Source of the DNA: Setoptus koraiensis
Taxonomy: Eukaryota; Animalia; Arthropoda
Direction of reading: 5' to 3'
NCBI GenBank assembly: GCA_048013815.1
Contig: CM106585.1
Coordinates: 15,190,001-15,254,000 of the forward strand
DNA length: 64,000 nucleotides
Under the pieces are notes generated by a model that did no database searches, was not told where the DNA came from, and saw only the letters and a list, made by a program, of their open reading frames with translations. Below, one piece after another: positions 1 to 14,285 of the stretch; position 1 is the first letter of the stretch, and each line of letters begins with the position of its first letter. Position numbers and translations under genes: made by a program.

Positions 1-17
1 CCCATTATCCGGCATTA

Positions 18-120
18 TCGGCCGGCCGACAAGTGCGAGATCGGCCGGCCGACTAGTGCGAGATGGGCCGGCCGACTAGTGCGAGATCGGCCGGCCGACA
101 AGTGCGAGACCTGGCCGGCA
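18..120. repeat. 23-bp tandem repeat, about 4.5 copies, unit TCGGCCGGCCGAC(A/T)AGTGCGAGA
   Basis: Units start at 18, 41, 64 and 87. Three carry the perfect 12-bp palindrome TCGGCCGGCCGA; the unit at 64 has one mismatch. No spacers. Confidence 0.9.
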
Positions 121-2971
121 GGGCCCTATTGCCGGACTGGCGCTGAGTCGGTGGCGGCCCGAAAAGAGTTGCCCGCTTGTCGGGCGATCCGGGCGCAGCG
201 GCAGCGTAGTTGTGGTGTAATTCCAGACCGACACACAGTTGCAGCGTGATGCTGGTGCGGTTCTGGCATAGTTGCAGCGTTGCATAGTGATGCGCGACTA
301 GTTAACCGGATAATTCGCGGGCGCCTAGCGGCGCCTAAGTAGATTAGAGCGGGCCGGCCGACGGGCCAAACGGGGCTTGCACGGGTTGCAAATGACTTGA
401 TGCCGCCGCTGCGAGAATAACCAATTTCGGCGGCCCGCCGCTGAAATTGGCCGCTTGCAGTGCCCAGCTGGGCATTATAGCCCGGCGCGTTCAAGCCCGC
501 GCTACAAGCGTTGTAGGGCGGCCAAATATCCGTAATCATCATGTAGTCATGTATGGCGCGCGACATTAAGCGCGGTGTGTTAAGTTATTAGAGGGCGCTA
601 TCGGCTGTTACGCTCGGCTGTGGTGCCGTCTATAAATAGAGCGACCATGAGCCCTTGCCAGAGATTATTTGATCAGATAAAAAACGTCTGAGGCTGCTGC
701 TGCAAACTCTCTCTCTCTGTGCGCTGCCAATGCGAAATGCCTGCCATTATCGTGAATTTCTGTAAATAGTGCGACTAGCAACATCCATTAGAGCCATGTC
801 CCGCGTGCCGCCGTTGGCGGCCCGCGCCAAGGTTAAGACGCCTCCCTAACGAGCGCAGCGCGGCTCCGACCGGGCCCGGCCCGCCACGCGCCGAGCCCTC
901 GCTGTGCCCGCTCGAGCGGCCTCCGGGAGCCCGGGCTCGGCGGCTCGGAGATTTTGGAGATTTCGGAGATTTCGGAGATTATTTTAAGCGAGCGGGCCAA
1001 ACGGCTAAAAATAACGGCTCTAAATGATGTTGGCCACGCACACATTGGCGTCGTCGTCGGTGTCGCCGTCGCCTAGTTGTTGTGACGCTGTTGTGATGTG
1101 TGCTCGTTGCGGCCCAAAATCAATCTTGTCGGCACCGACGAGCCACGATAAGCCAGCGCTTGCACTCAACGAGCGCCCCAGCGGTATATGGCCGGTGATA
1201 TATGGCAAGTGTCATTAAACAAGAGATCCGCTGACCATAAGTGTCACCTGTGTGAGTGTGTGACAAACGCTCAACTTTGACGTCTGACAATCTTGTGAGC
1301 GAGTCAGCTGTGCAGACGATGATGTAATATAATAATGACACACACACACACACACTATCACTCAAAGGGGCCCCCGCTCTCAAAACAACAGCCGGCTCAC
1401 CACATACAGCTGGCTAGTTTCATTAATGGTCATTTCATTTTCGGCCACTTGCCGCACCTACGCTGCACCGAGCGGAACACTTCGGACACCCCGCAACGTA
1501 TAAGGCTCGGCTTCTTCAAAATGCCCTCCACATACATTGCCGGTGGACAAGATGCAAATGACACGTTACGACAATTTTCGCTCACTATTAATCTGGCAGC
1601 ATACTACTAGCGATTGTCGACATTGTTGACAAGTGAAACAGCCACCTCATTTGTCTGGCTGGGCCGGCATCTTGGTGATTTGTGGCTCGCAAAAAATGGG
1701 GCCAGATAGAATTGTTTGTGTGAGATATGGGCCAATATGAGATATCAATCAAAGTGAGACTATCAGCCTAATTGGCATGAATGATGAATGTGAATAATGA
1801 ACCATGAATAATGATGAACAATGGGGCCGATAATGACGATTTATTTACAATTGTTGCGGTTGCGGTTCAAACGACACACACATCTGCATTTGAGATGTGC
1901 ACAACATCATCAAATTAGATCACAGCCGAGAACAGATCGGTTGTTGCGGTGCTTGCTGAGAACACTTGTCAAGTCTCGCGATCAACATCTAGACACACTT
2001 TACTTTGCAACAATTAATTAACAATAATTATCGATTGATTTCAATCGACCGGTAGATGGATTGTAATCGGCAACATGATACGAAGATGATGGGTAGATAT
2101 TTCTTGACAGTTGCCATCAGCAGCATCATCAAATCTTGGCCAATCAACTAGCGCCAATCGACTGCCAATTAGAAACCCGCAGCAACACATACAAATGTAG
2201 TATATAAACAGTGACATGAAATAATAATAATAATTTGATTGATAACTTGGTTGTCAGTCAGTCAAAAGTGAGCCTTGTCAAAAGTGCTCCACGTGACTAG
2301 GAGAATAGTCGCGTGATGCAATTATTTGTCAAGTTTTTCTATTGAGTTGCTTGCATTAATGCCGGACGTCTTTCATGATTAGTCTCGAGCCACAATGAAA
2401 CACTTTTCGCTTTTGGATACAATTTAATGAGAGGATATTGCCCAACAAAAAAGGTCATTGCACACTGACATCGGAGCGGCAACTGGCACAATTATTATCA
2501 TTAAATTATTATTATCAACAGATAGTGATATTGACATGGTGATATTGACAGCCTCTAAGTGAATTGAAATCATCAAATACAAAATTAACATTCGTTCGAG
2601 TGTCCGAATATTCGAAATGATCTTAAAAAAAAAAATAGCACCTATGGGGATGTATGGGGACATAATTATCCGTATCATAGCCGTAGTGAGATTGTCCGAA
2701 GCGGAATGTGAGTATGAGAGGATGACAGTTTGTTGAAGCAAGTGAGATAGTAATCTGAGAAAGTTGTGCCAACTGAAGCAATGAATACGAATGAAATATC
2801 GTGCTCATCAAGATCATGTGTAAAATGATTTAAAATGAAATGCATGTCTCACATGAAACAAAAGCCCAGATAATTAGATTTAATTATATGGCCCGGATAT
2901 TGGATGGGCAGAGCGCGTCGGAATGACTCAACTGGGTAACCATTTCGATTTGTTATTTGAGGGGCACTTAC

Positions 2972-3901
2972 CGTTGAGTAGGCGACGCCAGTTTGTTCAG
3001 CGTTTTTGTACAAGTTGCTGTTTGCTGAGGCCAATAATATGCCAGTCATAATAGGTTGTGCCAATGTTAGTCCAGAAGCTAATAGAAAGCAAGTTAGTAG
3101 GCGCAATGGAAATATCACATAAATTGTATAGGTGTACAATAGTAATATACAATAGCATACTATTGAGTTTATGGGCCAGAGGGCGCACAATATTTGCATC
3201 ATTTGACAAAACCATATTGCATAGAATGTCGAGGCTGGGTTGCTGTTGTCGTTGTTGTTGTTGATACTCGACGATACTAAACGTTGATGTTTTTGACGAT
3301 GATGCTGCTGTTGTTGTTGTTGTTGTGGCGATGCTGGCAAGACTGCTGCTTGTTGTTGTTGTTGGCGCGAATGCTCCAATCGACTGCTCACCTGGGCAGC
3401 GGTTAGTAGCTCAGCTGATTCCTCGTTGGACGAATAATAGTAATGCGCCGAGGAGAACGTTCGCTGCTGCTGCTGGTGCGGTGTTGTGTTGTTTGTATGG
3501 TGTTGTTGTTGTTGTTGTTGGTTGCTTGATTGGCCCGTTGCTGGCAGGCTGGTGGAGGGGTCTAGGTCGTCTAGGTTGCCCGTTTTGTGATGTTGTATCT
3601 GCACTTGCCTCTTTAATATTACTATGGATATAAATAAATTGAAAATTTGTATAATCAATGATGTGGTTGTGGTAAATTGCGAATTAATTGTCAATGACAG
3701 ACACAATAATAGGAAATTCATAACAATAACTATGTGAACGGCAGTGGGAAATAGATTTGTTTTCACTTGAGCATAATAATCACAATACAATCTTTCTGCC
3801 TCTAGATCGGCAAAATTAAAATGCATGAACTTTGGCAGTAATTTCAACAAAAATCCCGAATGGTCCACACTCAATCTGTCTGTCGTCCGCAGCTCAATCA
3901 T
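2972..3901 (-). CDS. ADCY3: Adenylate cyclase type 3-like, first coding exon (N-terminus plus first TM cluster); downstream exons not found in window
   Basis: LLPKFMHFNFADLEAERLYCDYY matches the ADCY3 motif LPRFMRLTF...LENLYQTYF. Hydrophobic helices follow (FYAIWFCQMMQIL, YTIYVIFPLRLL). Donor ACG|GTAAGT after 2972, phase 0, 310 codons. No catalytic-domain exon was recognised in 1-2970. Confidence 0.8.
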
Positions 3902-6900
3902 CTTGACGTGTGTGTCTTGCTACTATCGATGGGATATCTGCGATGTGGGCTATCTGCGATGTGGGATATCTGTGGGATATCCGTGGGCTATCTGACAATG
4001 TTGTGAGACGCTCGCCGATATTGCACGCCGATATTTTCACTAGCAAATATCGGCTGTGCACCGTGTAAAATAGACTGTGTAAAATGTAAAATGCACTGCT
4101 TGCCGCGCCGTTGCGTAATTATATAATAATAATAAATAGATTATCGACGCTGCACAATCACCTGGCTGGTCGGCTGTTGTTGTGTTGTTGTTGTTGTGGT
4201 TGTGGGGCTGGCTTGCTGTGTTGTTGTGTCGTTGTCGTGGGGCTGGCTTGATGTGTTGTTGTTGTTGTTGTTGTGGGGCTGCCGCTGGCTTGCTGTGGCG
4301 CTGCGACTTGTACGGGGGCCGACAATTCAATTGGTTCAATTGGTTCCGACGGCTCACTTGGCTCGCTGGCAAGCTCGGCTCGCTGGCGCTGCAATCGCTG
4401 ATCTGGGTGACTCAGGTGACATGTTCGAGGGCATTTTACGGGGCACACCACGAGCTGGCTGCTGCTGAGAAGCTGCTCATAATACTCACTGGGCTCACTG
4501 GGTCGCCAGCCAGCCAGGCAAAACGTGGTGGCGAGCGGGCCGAGATAAAAATTAAAATTCGCCCGATTGGCTGATGAGTCGCACTTGTTCTCTCGCTGCT
4601 CGCTGTCTCGTCGATGGTTGTGCGCTCGCTAGACAGGGGCGCTGTCGCTGTTGTCGTTTAGGGCGCTGTTGTCGCCGTTGTCGCCGTTGTCGCCTTTATC
4701 GCTGCTGCTGCTGGGCTGTTGTTGTTGCTGTCGCCGTTGCTGCTGTCGCCGTTGCTGCTGCTGCTGTTGCTGTTGTTGTTGTTGTTGCGTTCGTCGTGGT
4801 TCGTCGTCAGTTGCGAGATGCGAGTCGCTCACAATGTGAGAATCGTCGTCGTCGTTCGCCAGCAAAATCGAAATTCGCGCACACACACAAACTCAAAACA
4901 CAAAATGCTGCTGCTGCGTTCGACGGTTGCGACAGAGCGAACGAAAAAACGACATTTACAACTGCTGCACTTTACGCTGCGCGACTCGCTGGCTTCGATT
5001 GAACCAAATCGAAGGCGCACCGCCGACGCTCGCAATTACATCACATGCACAGCCAGAGAACGCGCACGGCCGAGGAACGCACACGGCCGAGGAACGCGCA
5101 CGGCCAAAGAACGCAGAGAAGCCGCGCACGGCCACTGAGTCGGTGCAGCAGCACCATGCCAACACCATGCACTGTGAGCCTCACAGTGTGAGGCGTGTAG
5201 TAGTACTACAGTGGTACACCGTGTCCCAGGCCACTCCGACCACAACAAAGCGCGCTGTGCGGCGCACGCGCACACGACGCCCCCGAGCTGGCCGCTGTGC
5301 GCTCGCGTCACGGCTGCTGGCCGCGGTCTAGCTGTGGCACACAGTCAGTGTGCCACAGCGCAACGCTTATTTGGCAGGCTTACGCTGGCTCGATGGGTGT
5401 CGCGACTCGCAAGCGACGCACAGCGGGCACAATCTGTGCCGCGCACCCTCCACAACGCCAGCGAGCAGGTGCACTGGCAGAGGCCAGCGTATGCTTCACG
5501 CCGGCCAATTGTCAAACTTGGCTGCTGCACCCGAAACAATCCGACTCGCCGCACCTGGTGCACACACGCACACGCACACACTCGCTTCTCACAGTGACAA
5601 GTGCTCATCCGACGAGACTCGCTGGCGGCGCTGGCGGCGCTGACTGCGCTGCGGCGCACACACTGCCGCCCATGTGTGGGCATGCAGCGTAACTGGGGGC
5701 AGCACAATGTGTGTGCACAGATAAAACGCACACCACACACTCATTTATGCGCGCCCTGCTCAAATGAAATATTCAAAACGCAAGTGAGACGAAAATCCGC
5801 TAGGCGCGCCTGCGACACAGCTCGCATGCACGACAGAGCCGGCAGTGTCTCGCTGAAACTTTCCCGTTTCTGGTTGCGTGCTCGTCCGATCTGGCGCCAT
5901 GCACAGCCATTGGAAACACCTCACACAGCCATTGGAAACACCTCACACAGCCAACTGCGGCGCCGCCAAAAGAAAGCTCGGCAGCGCCGCCCCTGCGGAC
6001 GTGTCTCGCATTCACAATGTGGGCGCTGGCAAGCCAGCGCTGCCTGTTCCGCCATTAGCTCGTTGAGGGTGCTCCACAAAGCCGCTAGAGGCGCTCGGGC
6101 GGCGCCTGCACACTGGCTAGTCGCCAGTGGCGAGGCGCAATTATGGGCCAGCAGTTGAAACATTTGGCTAATATTTTGCCCAGACGTCAATTGTTCCTCG
6201 CTCTGTCAGAGATCGAGGGCTTTCCGTTGTGCCAGCGGTGCCCCTAGCGGGTTTCCGCACAGTCAGTGGCGGCCCCCGTTTCGAGCGCTACTCTCAATCA
6301 GCTGTTTGATGTTTCGACAGGGGCACGGCTTCGGCTCGAACTGCGACAACGGCCGCAGCGATGCCCTCGGCCAAATGCTGCCGTTTTCGCTGGCGTGTTT
6401 GTTGTTTTGCGATGTGTTGTCGCAAATGGATAGTCTACTCTATGTAATTGAAATTTGACATTGCGACGGGCTCCGCCGGGCACCGCCGAGTTTGTGTGTC
6501 GGGCGGCGAGTGGCGCCGGTTGCGCAACGAGCGCCAGTAATGAGTAATATGAGTGCAGCAATATGTATACACAGATATATGGATATATGCAGATTCACAC
6601 ACGTATGCAACGCTTGTGCATGTTGACAACTGGCAAACTAATTAGCGCGAGCCCTCCTCCGTCTGACATTCACGGCCCACTGTTCGTAGCGGCCGACAGT
6701 GTCTTGCTGACAATGTTAGTGGCGACAGTGTTGCAACAATGCGTCTGGCGCGAATACGCGGGCACGGCTGAAAGTCGCAACAGAGTCTCGCTTGTTAGCC
6801 GCTCGGTCTCGAGCAAAGTGTCACTTGCGTCGCTTGCGAGGTCACACGCCGAGGGGGCGCCTCGGCGCCGACGACCAGTCATTTGCCAGTATCGTTTTAC

Positions 6901-7588
6901 AACAACAACAACAACGTCGCAACGACAACGACGTCGCAACGACAACAACGTCGCAACAACTCGACGAACACTTTCACTTTGCAACAATGAACGCAACAAT
7001 TTCGTGTGCCGTCGTCGTGGGCGCAGCCAGCAAATGACACACTGTCACTGTTTACATTTTGCATCACTACTAACGACTGTCATCATTAATAGAGTGCAGT
7101 CACATGGTGATGCAGTCGTACGGTGATACACTGTATCAGATACAGTGACAGTTGCGGCGACTGTTGCGCAATGACAAGACGTGCGCGTCAAGCTTGCTGT
7201 TAGCGGCAGCCATTGTCGACATCAACAGCCAGCAACATTGGAGCTGATCAGCTGTGCTTGTGTCAATTGCGACAACTGCTTATCCTTTGTTTGTTGTGCA
7301 GTTTGCTGTACGGTTTGTTTGTCAAGTCAGTTGACACATCGATGACAATTGGCAGGCCTGTTTTTCATCAATTGTTTCATCGAATACGACGAGCGACTAT
7401 TGTTACGCAACGCGGCGGCTCGATGACAGCGCCAGCAAGAAACGAAGCGGTATAAAAAGATGACGGAAGTGCTGGCTCGATGATGTGGCTCTAATTGAGC
7501 CGCATCGTGCTCATTGTGCGACATTTAGCGCACAGTGTCCATGGCACAACTATGGTGCATGTTGCATTGCATGATATTTATGGATATT

Positions 7589-7672
7589 GCACAGTGAATA
7601 TCGCACAGTGAATATCGCACAGTGAATATCGCACAGTGAATATCACACAGTGGATATCACACAGTGGATATT
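7589..7672. repeat. 14-bp tandem repeat (GCACAGTGAATATC), about 6 copies
   Basis: Read directly; the last units drift to ACAGTGGATATC. Confidence 0.85.
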
Positions 7673-9386
7673 ATAGAGTGCATATTATGCAATGGATATT
7701 ATGCGAGCGATGTCACACAAATGTAAACTCACCAATGCGACCAACAAACAAAGACAAGATAATAACAATTCGCTATCAACAAATGAGGGATAAATTCAAA
7801 TCTCTCGCAGCTTGTGCATATTGATTGCCAATCAGTCTCGCTGGCGATGACACTGCGAGCTGACAAGTTGCAATTGGACAATTCGCATCACATGCGCATT
7901 GTCGAAGGCCCCATGGCAAATGTTGTGATGTAAATTGGTTGCTCGGCAAACAATGTTCACGATGCTGGTGCCACCAACACGCTCCCAATCACAATAATGA
8001 AGCATGCGCTCGATAGGGCTAAATAACTAGGCCAACTGTAAATACAGTGACTCGCCATCAGGGTGCGCGATCAGCCTAGCGTGTCCTTGAATAAACGGGC
8101 CACCCCAACTTAAATTAGCGCCCGTCGTCTAATTAGATGAAACCATGCGCTAGCGATGAGACCGTTAAATGAAGTGTTGCTGCCCCCGATAATGTTGCCT
8201 AGCTTGCTGTTATGCAGCCACCAGCGCCAGCACCACACTGGCATGCACCATGCACCGCCGGTATGTACCATGCACCACTACTGTGTACCATACACAACTG
8301 CTGTGTACCATATACCACCGATATATAACCTAGCCAAATAGCCAGATAACCAAATAACCAAATAACAAGGCCACTCATTAGACCATTCGTTAATTAGCGC
8401 GCCGCTTTTGATTGCTGGCTGCGTGTGTCCGCTGGCTTTGTTGCGCGTGCCACGTCGCGTTGTTGCGCGTGCAATGTCGCTTTGTTGCGCGCCAAGCTGC
8501 CTCAGCTCACCTTGGCCGGCCTGAACACGTGACGATAAATAAAGCCGCCGACATGATTAACATGCCAACTCGACAGAATTCGCCCCGTCAAAACTCGCTC
8601 TTTTGTCAACTGGCAAACTGACAGTCTGACACCGACTGGCTCAAAGTTTACAACAACAGCACAACAACAACAACAACAACAACGACACAACAGCAGCAAC
8701 AACGACACAACAGCAGCAACAACGACACAACAGCAGCAACAACAACAACACAACAACAACGGTCTCGTTGTTGCTTCTGCCGGGCAAAGTTATCGGGCAA
8801 GTCGTCGGACAGAGTCGCCCGATGAGAGCCGCCGCGAGTCGCCACTGACAGTTGCCAATGGAAAGAATCCACACGAACTGATCGCCTGCCAGCCTGGAAC
8901 TAATTACACAATGTGTGTGTGTGTGTTACGTAATTGACCCGTAATTGTTGTGTGCGCTATGGATTATATGTCATGTTTGATGTTTGATCACCAAACTGTG
9001 CCCTGTGATGCGTCATGTGCGCAGCTAAATAAACTCGCCGCTCTCATCGATCATCTACGTGCGTCGCGCTTAGCGCTAATTATGATTATGATTCGCTACA
9101 ATAATAATCCGATAATGACGATTGAGACAGCGCCCCATTCCAAGAATTGCGTCATTGCTGCCGAGCTATTGCCAGCTACTGACATTTCGGGCCAGCTAGC
9201 TGTGCCAAACTGGCTGCTGCTGCTGCTGCACTGACAACTCACAGTCGTTAGTGATTATGACGGCGCAACGGCGTTTTGTTTGCGACGGGCCTCACTAGAC
9301 GACCTTTGACGTTCACATGAATGTGTGCATGGAATACGGAATGAAAAAATGAAATTCTCATCACCGGGATGTGTGGATATGTCCAT

Positions 9387-9525
9387 GCGGCCTGTGCGGT
9401 CTACGCGGTCTACGCGGTCTACGCGGTCTACGCAGTCTACGCGGTCTACGCGGTCTACGCGGTGTGCGCGGTGTGCGCGGTCTACGCGGTCTACTCGGTC
9501 TGTGCGGTCGGTGCGGTCGGTGCGG
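9387..9525. repeat. 9-bp tandem repeat (GCGGTCTAC / GCGGTGTGC variants)
   Basis: Read directly; it generates the spurious STRSTR/AVYAVY ORFs. Confidence 0.85.
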
Positions 9526-11430
9526 GATATGTGGATAGATGGGCCTGTGGATACGTCTTTCGTGGATGTGTGTGGGCCACCGGCGAGCGGCAAGTTTATT
9601 TTGGTTTTAATTGATTGATCCATGCAATCGCTCCGTTGCCACGCTCGCCATTACAACTGTATCGCGCCATGTCTAGCCGTCGACCGTTTCTAACTGTTCT
9701 CGGGCGGCTCGAACGGTTCGCGGGCGGCTCGAACGGTTCGCGGGCGGCTCGAACGGTTCGCCAGCCCGGCGACCGAGTGGCGAGCTCGAGGACAGTCGCA
9801 GTTGCCAAAGATCGGCCCGTCGCTTGGCACGGCGAGGCCGCTGTAACGCGCCGACAGGGTCCTATATTTTGGCGTCCCACTCCGGGGGCGCCAACAATGC
9901 TGGCAATACGGCAATTGGAATGGTTTCCGAACAACAACAACAACAACAACAACAGCGCCTACTGTAAACACCAACGGCGCGTTTGTTTGCATTAGGTTCG
10001 CTGGCAGTTGTTGTCGGCCGCTGACAAGTGCATAAATTGGTCTAAACTACTGCCAGCATCAGCACGTCGATCCGGCCCGCTTCTCGAAGGCCGCCGATGC
10101 GGGCAGCCGCAGAGCTGCCGAGATGGGAGCTGCCGAGATGGGAGCTGCCGAGATGGGAGAACGTACACAATTGAGCACACGGCCGAGCTGATACATTTCG
10201 CACCGCCGGCTGGCTGGCAAGCCAGCAACAGCGTTCAAGGGTATATATGTCGGTATGATAGCCTTGGTCTGACGTATATAATAGTATTAATAATGGCAGT
10301 GGTCCAATTGCCGCGCCGGCGCCCCATCGAAGGGGCGCGCCGCGGCGTGCAAGCTCGAGAGATATGTGAGCGCCGGCACAGTGCGGCCTGTGCCGGCTCG
10401 CAACACAATCGATTGATCGTTTTTGATCAAGTGAACACAAATTAAATCAAAAAGTCGAACGGTCGCCCCCGGCGCGGGCCTACGGAGGGCAGCACGAGCC
10501 GCTAGCCTTGAGCCGCCAGCTAGCTGCCAGCGAGCAATTGAGTGATGACGAGATTAAAGTTGCCCAAAATGGAAAATCTTGTCAGTGTTTAAACTTTAAA
10601 CTTTTTACTTTTGCAACTTATCTTCAATTGGGCCGCTTACGCGCCGGCGGGGGCCCTTGTTGTGTCGACAACAACAAAGTAACGGCCATTGTCTACGACG
10701 GGGATGGGGCGCTGCTGTTGGCAAGTGGCGCTGGCGCGACAACTGGCGACTAGCGACTCGCCACTCGCGCCCGCCTAGCGACTTGGCGCAGCGTGCCGCG
10801 CATGATTGAATCTGTGCACTGGGGCGTGCTCTCAATGCGCGCGCCCCCACCATCAGTGTCTCGCGCGATATAAGTCGGCCGATATTGCCCGCTCGCCCGC
10901 TCGCTATCAGTGTCGTCTTAATGTCAAGCGCTCCATGTCGAGCCGGCACCGTTCGGCTGCAATATGACGGCCCACCCGACCAACTATGCGGCGCACGGTG
11001 AGCGGGCCGCTGGCGCGCGGTGAGCGGTCCGCGCCGGCCAACCCGCTGCGGCTGTGCCCTATACCGGGCCCGGTTGTGCCGCCGCGGCGCCGGTCAATGG
11101 GGCGCCCAGAGGCAACGTACGTTACGACTGCCAGAGTTGCGCTAGCCGTTGGAGCTGCACACGTCGGAGTGCAACGTAAGTCAGGGCGCAACTTCCCGTG
11201 CGTGCCTGTCCCACTGCAGCCACGCGGGCAGCGGCTACGGGCCGAATGAGAGACGAAGCGGGCCGCCGGTGTCGGGGGCGTCCGGCAAAACACTGACAAT
11301 ACGCGGAATGCACAGTGCACAAACAGGCCAGAATGGTAATAATATCTGGTCACGTTAATGCTATAAATAGTTATAGTAGTTATTTATGAGAACGGGCGAG
11401 CGAGAAGTACCGAGCCGCCATTGGCTCGGC

Positions 11431-11576
11431 CGGCCAGTCGCTCGTCGGGCTCGGCCAGTCGCTCGTCGGGCCCGGCCAGTCGCTCGTTGGGCCCGGCCGG
11501 TCGCTCGTCGGGCCCGGCCAGTCGCTCGTTGGGCCCGGCCGGTCGCTCGTCGGGCCCGGCCAGTCGCTCGTCGGGC
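11431..11576. repeat. 21-bp GC-rich minisatellite (CGGCCAGTCGCTCGTCGGGCC), about 7 copies
   Basis: Read directly. Confidence 0.9.
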
Positions 11577-14129
11577 AAGGTGCCCGGCGCCGACCAATTT
11601 ATGACGCTGGCGGCTTGTCGGGTCGGCTTGTTGGGCCAGCTTGTTGAGCCAACGGGGGCCTTTGTTATCTGCTGCAGAGGCCGTTATCTGGCGCGAGCCG
11701 CTCGTCTTTTGGGTGCAGTTCAGCTCGGGGCCGATTTGTGATTGCGCCACGGCCACCATGGCATGCAGTGTGTGTGTGTGTGTGTGTGTGCCCCGTGGGC
11801 ACAAACAAACTCGTTGTCGAGAAGCGATGGTCACTCCATGTCCCTTCAATCGGACCCTGTCCGATCGGATATAATATGAGATAAGCCAGTTGGGCGCTAT
11901 ATGCAGCTTGACCCACTGCTGGCGAGCTAGGTGCCAGGCGCTGCAAGTGAGCTTATCGCGGCCTAATTGAGCAGCCTGTGTGAGGTTAATGCGTTGTCGT
12001 TGCAATTGGCCGCAGTATCATTCAAATTGTATATCCCGTTACTTGCAGTGACGGCGCTGCTGATGACCCACTCTCTATTGACCGAACAGCCATCATCAAC
12101 GGCAGCGCAGGCCGTATTTTGTGACAAAATTACTCCACTGCAGCCCGACTGTAATTGTGTGTGACTGTCGAGCTTGACCGGTGGTCAACGCTTGGGCCGC
12201 CGATCGATGGCTGTCGCCTAACATATTGGCTGGCCGATATAGATAGACAGTGCGTACAGTGCGCGTAGTGATATCATATCACTGATATGTGAGAGCGGAG
12301 CCGCATTATGTAAGCGAGCGAGCCATATAATACCATCTAACTTGTCCTTTTTATTACTAATGACCTCTGCTGGTGGCGCCACCGTCGAGATATCGCTTGT
12401 TTGTTGTTGTCGTGTTATCAGTGCGTGTGTGTGTGTGTGTGTGTGTGTTTGCATCGGGCCGTATGACCAAGGGGCCCAAACCGAGCGATAAACCAACAAA
12501 CCAATATCACTCACAATATTGTTGCTGCGTATTGCTTACGCCAATATTACAGCCACATTGGCGGGCACAATCTGACCACTAGCCACACTGGCCAGTGTCC
12601 AAAACTGACCACTGGCCAAACTAAGCCCAGGGCCCCACTGACAAGTTTTGAGTCGTCATCAGTGCGGCGGCGGCCAACGGTGAACAGCAATTTTATATTG
12701 CGTCATCATTGATACTCTCTGGCCAAAGGTCACTGGTGTGTGGCAACGTTGCTGCCAATACGCTGACCATAAGGATAATCCAGTGGCTCACTCGACTGAA
12801 GATCATCATTATCCTGCGTGTGTGTGTGTGTGTGTTTGTGTCTCTGGGTAGCGAGTGGCGACTCGCCATGGATTAATGTTGCTACTTATATCATGTCCAG
12901 TAGTGTGTTATGTAACTATATGCTCGCTGCAACTAAATGATACTGTATCGGCAGCAGTATGTTTGCCCAAGTTGCAATTGTTATTATTATTGCTATCAAT
13001 ATATTACGCTTGGCTAGCAAACAGCCTATAGATTAGGTAATGAAATTGAGTGTGTTTATTTACATTTTGAATTTTATTTTATTAGTCGAGCCGTTGCTGT
13101 TGCTGTTTGTGTTGGCGCTGTTTGTGTTGTTATCGCCGCTGCTGGCCCGATCTCGATACAGTGGTGATACACAGCACAACAACTTCAAGCTCTATGGCCA
13201 CTGATTATACGAGCGGCCACCAGCGGCATCTAGTTAAGATATGAGCCAGCCTGCAAACAAATAAATACACCCATCACTGTTGCCAAAATATCCATTAGAT
13301 CCCAGGCTCAGAGGCATTATTATTAGCCAATCTATCTAAGAGGGGGCCATATAAGAGCGATCGATTGAACAATATTGGACATTTAGTGCTGTTGTTGGCG
13401 TTCGCTCGTGCCAAACTGGCCACTGGCGCTCACTATTGTGTGCGTGTGTGTGTGTGTGTGTGTGTTTGTGCTGGGGCCAATCCATCAGGCCGAAATATCC
13501 ATAAATGAGCCATTGCGAGTGTCAGGGGGGCTAACTAACTGGTCAGCGGGCCACTAACTGCCATTGCAGACCGCCAATGGTGATGGCACGATGCACTGAA
13601 TGCCCACACACAATTGAATCGTCTACTGCTATCCAAATGTCAGACTTGTCATGCTGCTGCCACCAGCAGCACCACATTCTATTCTGTGGGCAAATGCATC
13701 GCCAGCGTCTTGTGAGCCAGTGCACCAAATGTATTCTTTGCGGCCCCAAAGAATTCTCGCCCGAAAAGAATTGAGTAACTCGCCAAGAAAGTAGCGGCAA
13801 CCTTGATTGCGCGCAATCTATTTTTATTGCCGCAACTGCAACTCGAGATACAAATGCTAATCAAAACAACACTGAAAGCCAAGCAACTACCGCTTCTTTG
13901 GGCGGGGGGGGGGCACGCTGGGGTATAGCAGCAACGGCAATAACGAGCTGCCAAGAATTTTATTATATTGCCCTGCCAAGACAGCCAACAACAAAAACAA
14001 CAGCAGCAGCAGCAGAAACACAACGCCAGCACGTAGATGGTGATGGCCTCGGTAGTATCCATCTATTAGACACGTTACAAGACGACGACGACTACCGCCG
14101 ACTGCGAGATTAGCATGCGCTACCAATGT

Positions 14130-14192
14130 CGACTACAACAACGACACCAACAACCGTAGCAACACCAACAACGACGGCAACAACGACATCGA

Positions 14193-14223
<31 letters not shown>

Positions 14224-14285
14224 AACGACAACGACAACAACGACAACGACAACAACAACGAAAACGACAACGACAACGACAACAA
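14130..14285. repeat. (ACA/ACG)n tri/hexanucleotide microsatellite
   Basis: Long ACAACG run giving the poly-T ORF. Confidence 0.85.

Noticed and set aside
18-120. CRISPR-like array
   Set aside because: Units are contiguous with no unique spacers, no cas genes are present, and the context is eukaryotic.
2424-2817. Possible second exon of the adenylate cyclase (IISNI...LILYLM)
   Set aside because: Only a faint resemblance to the expected ILANVFLY helix, with no downstream FLE.R or catalytic motifs in frame.
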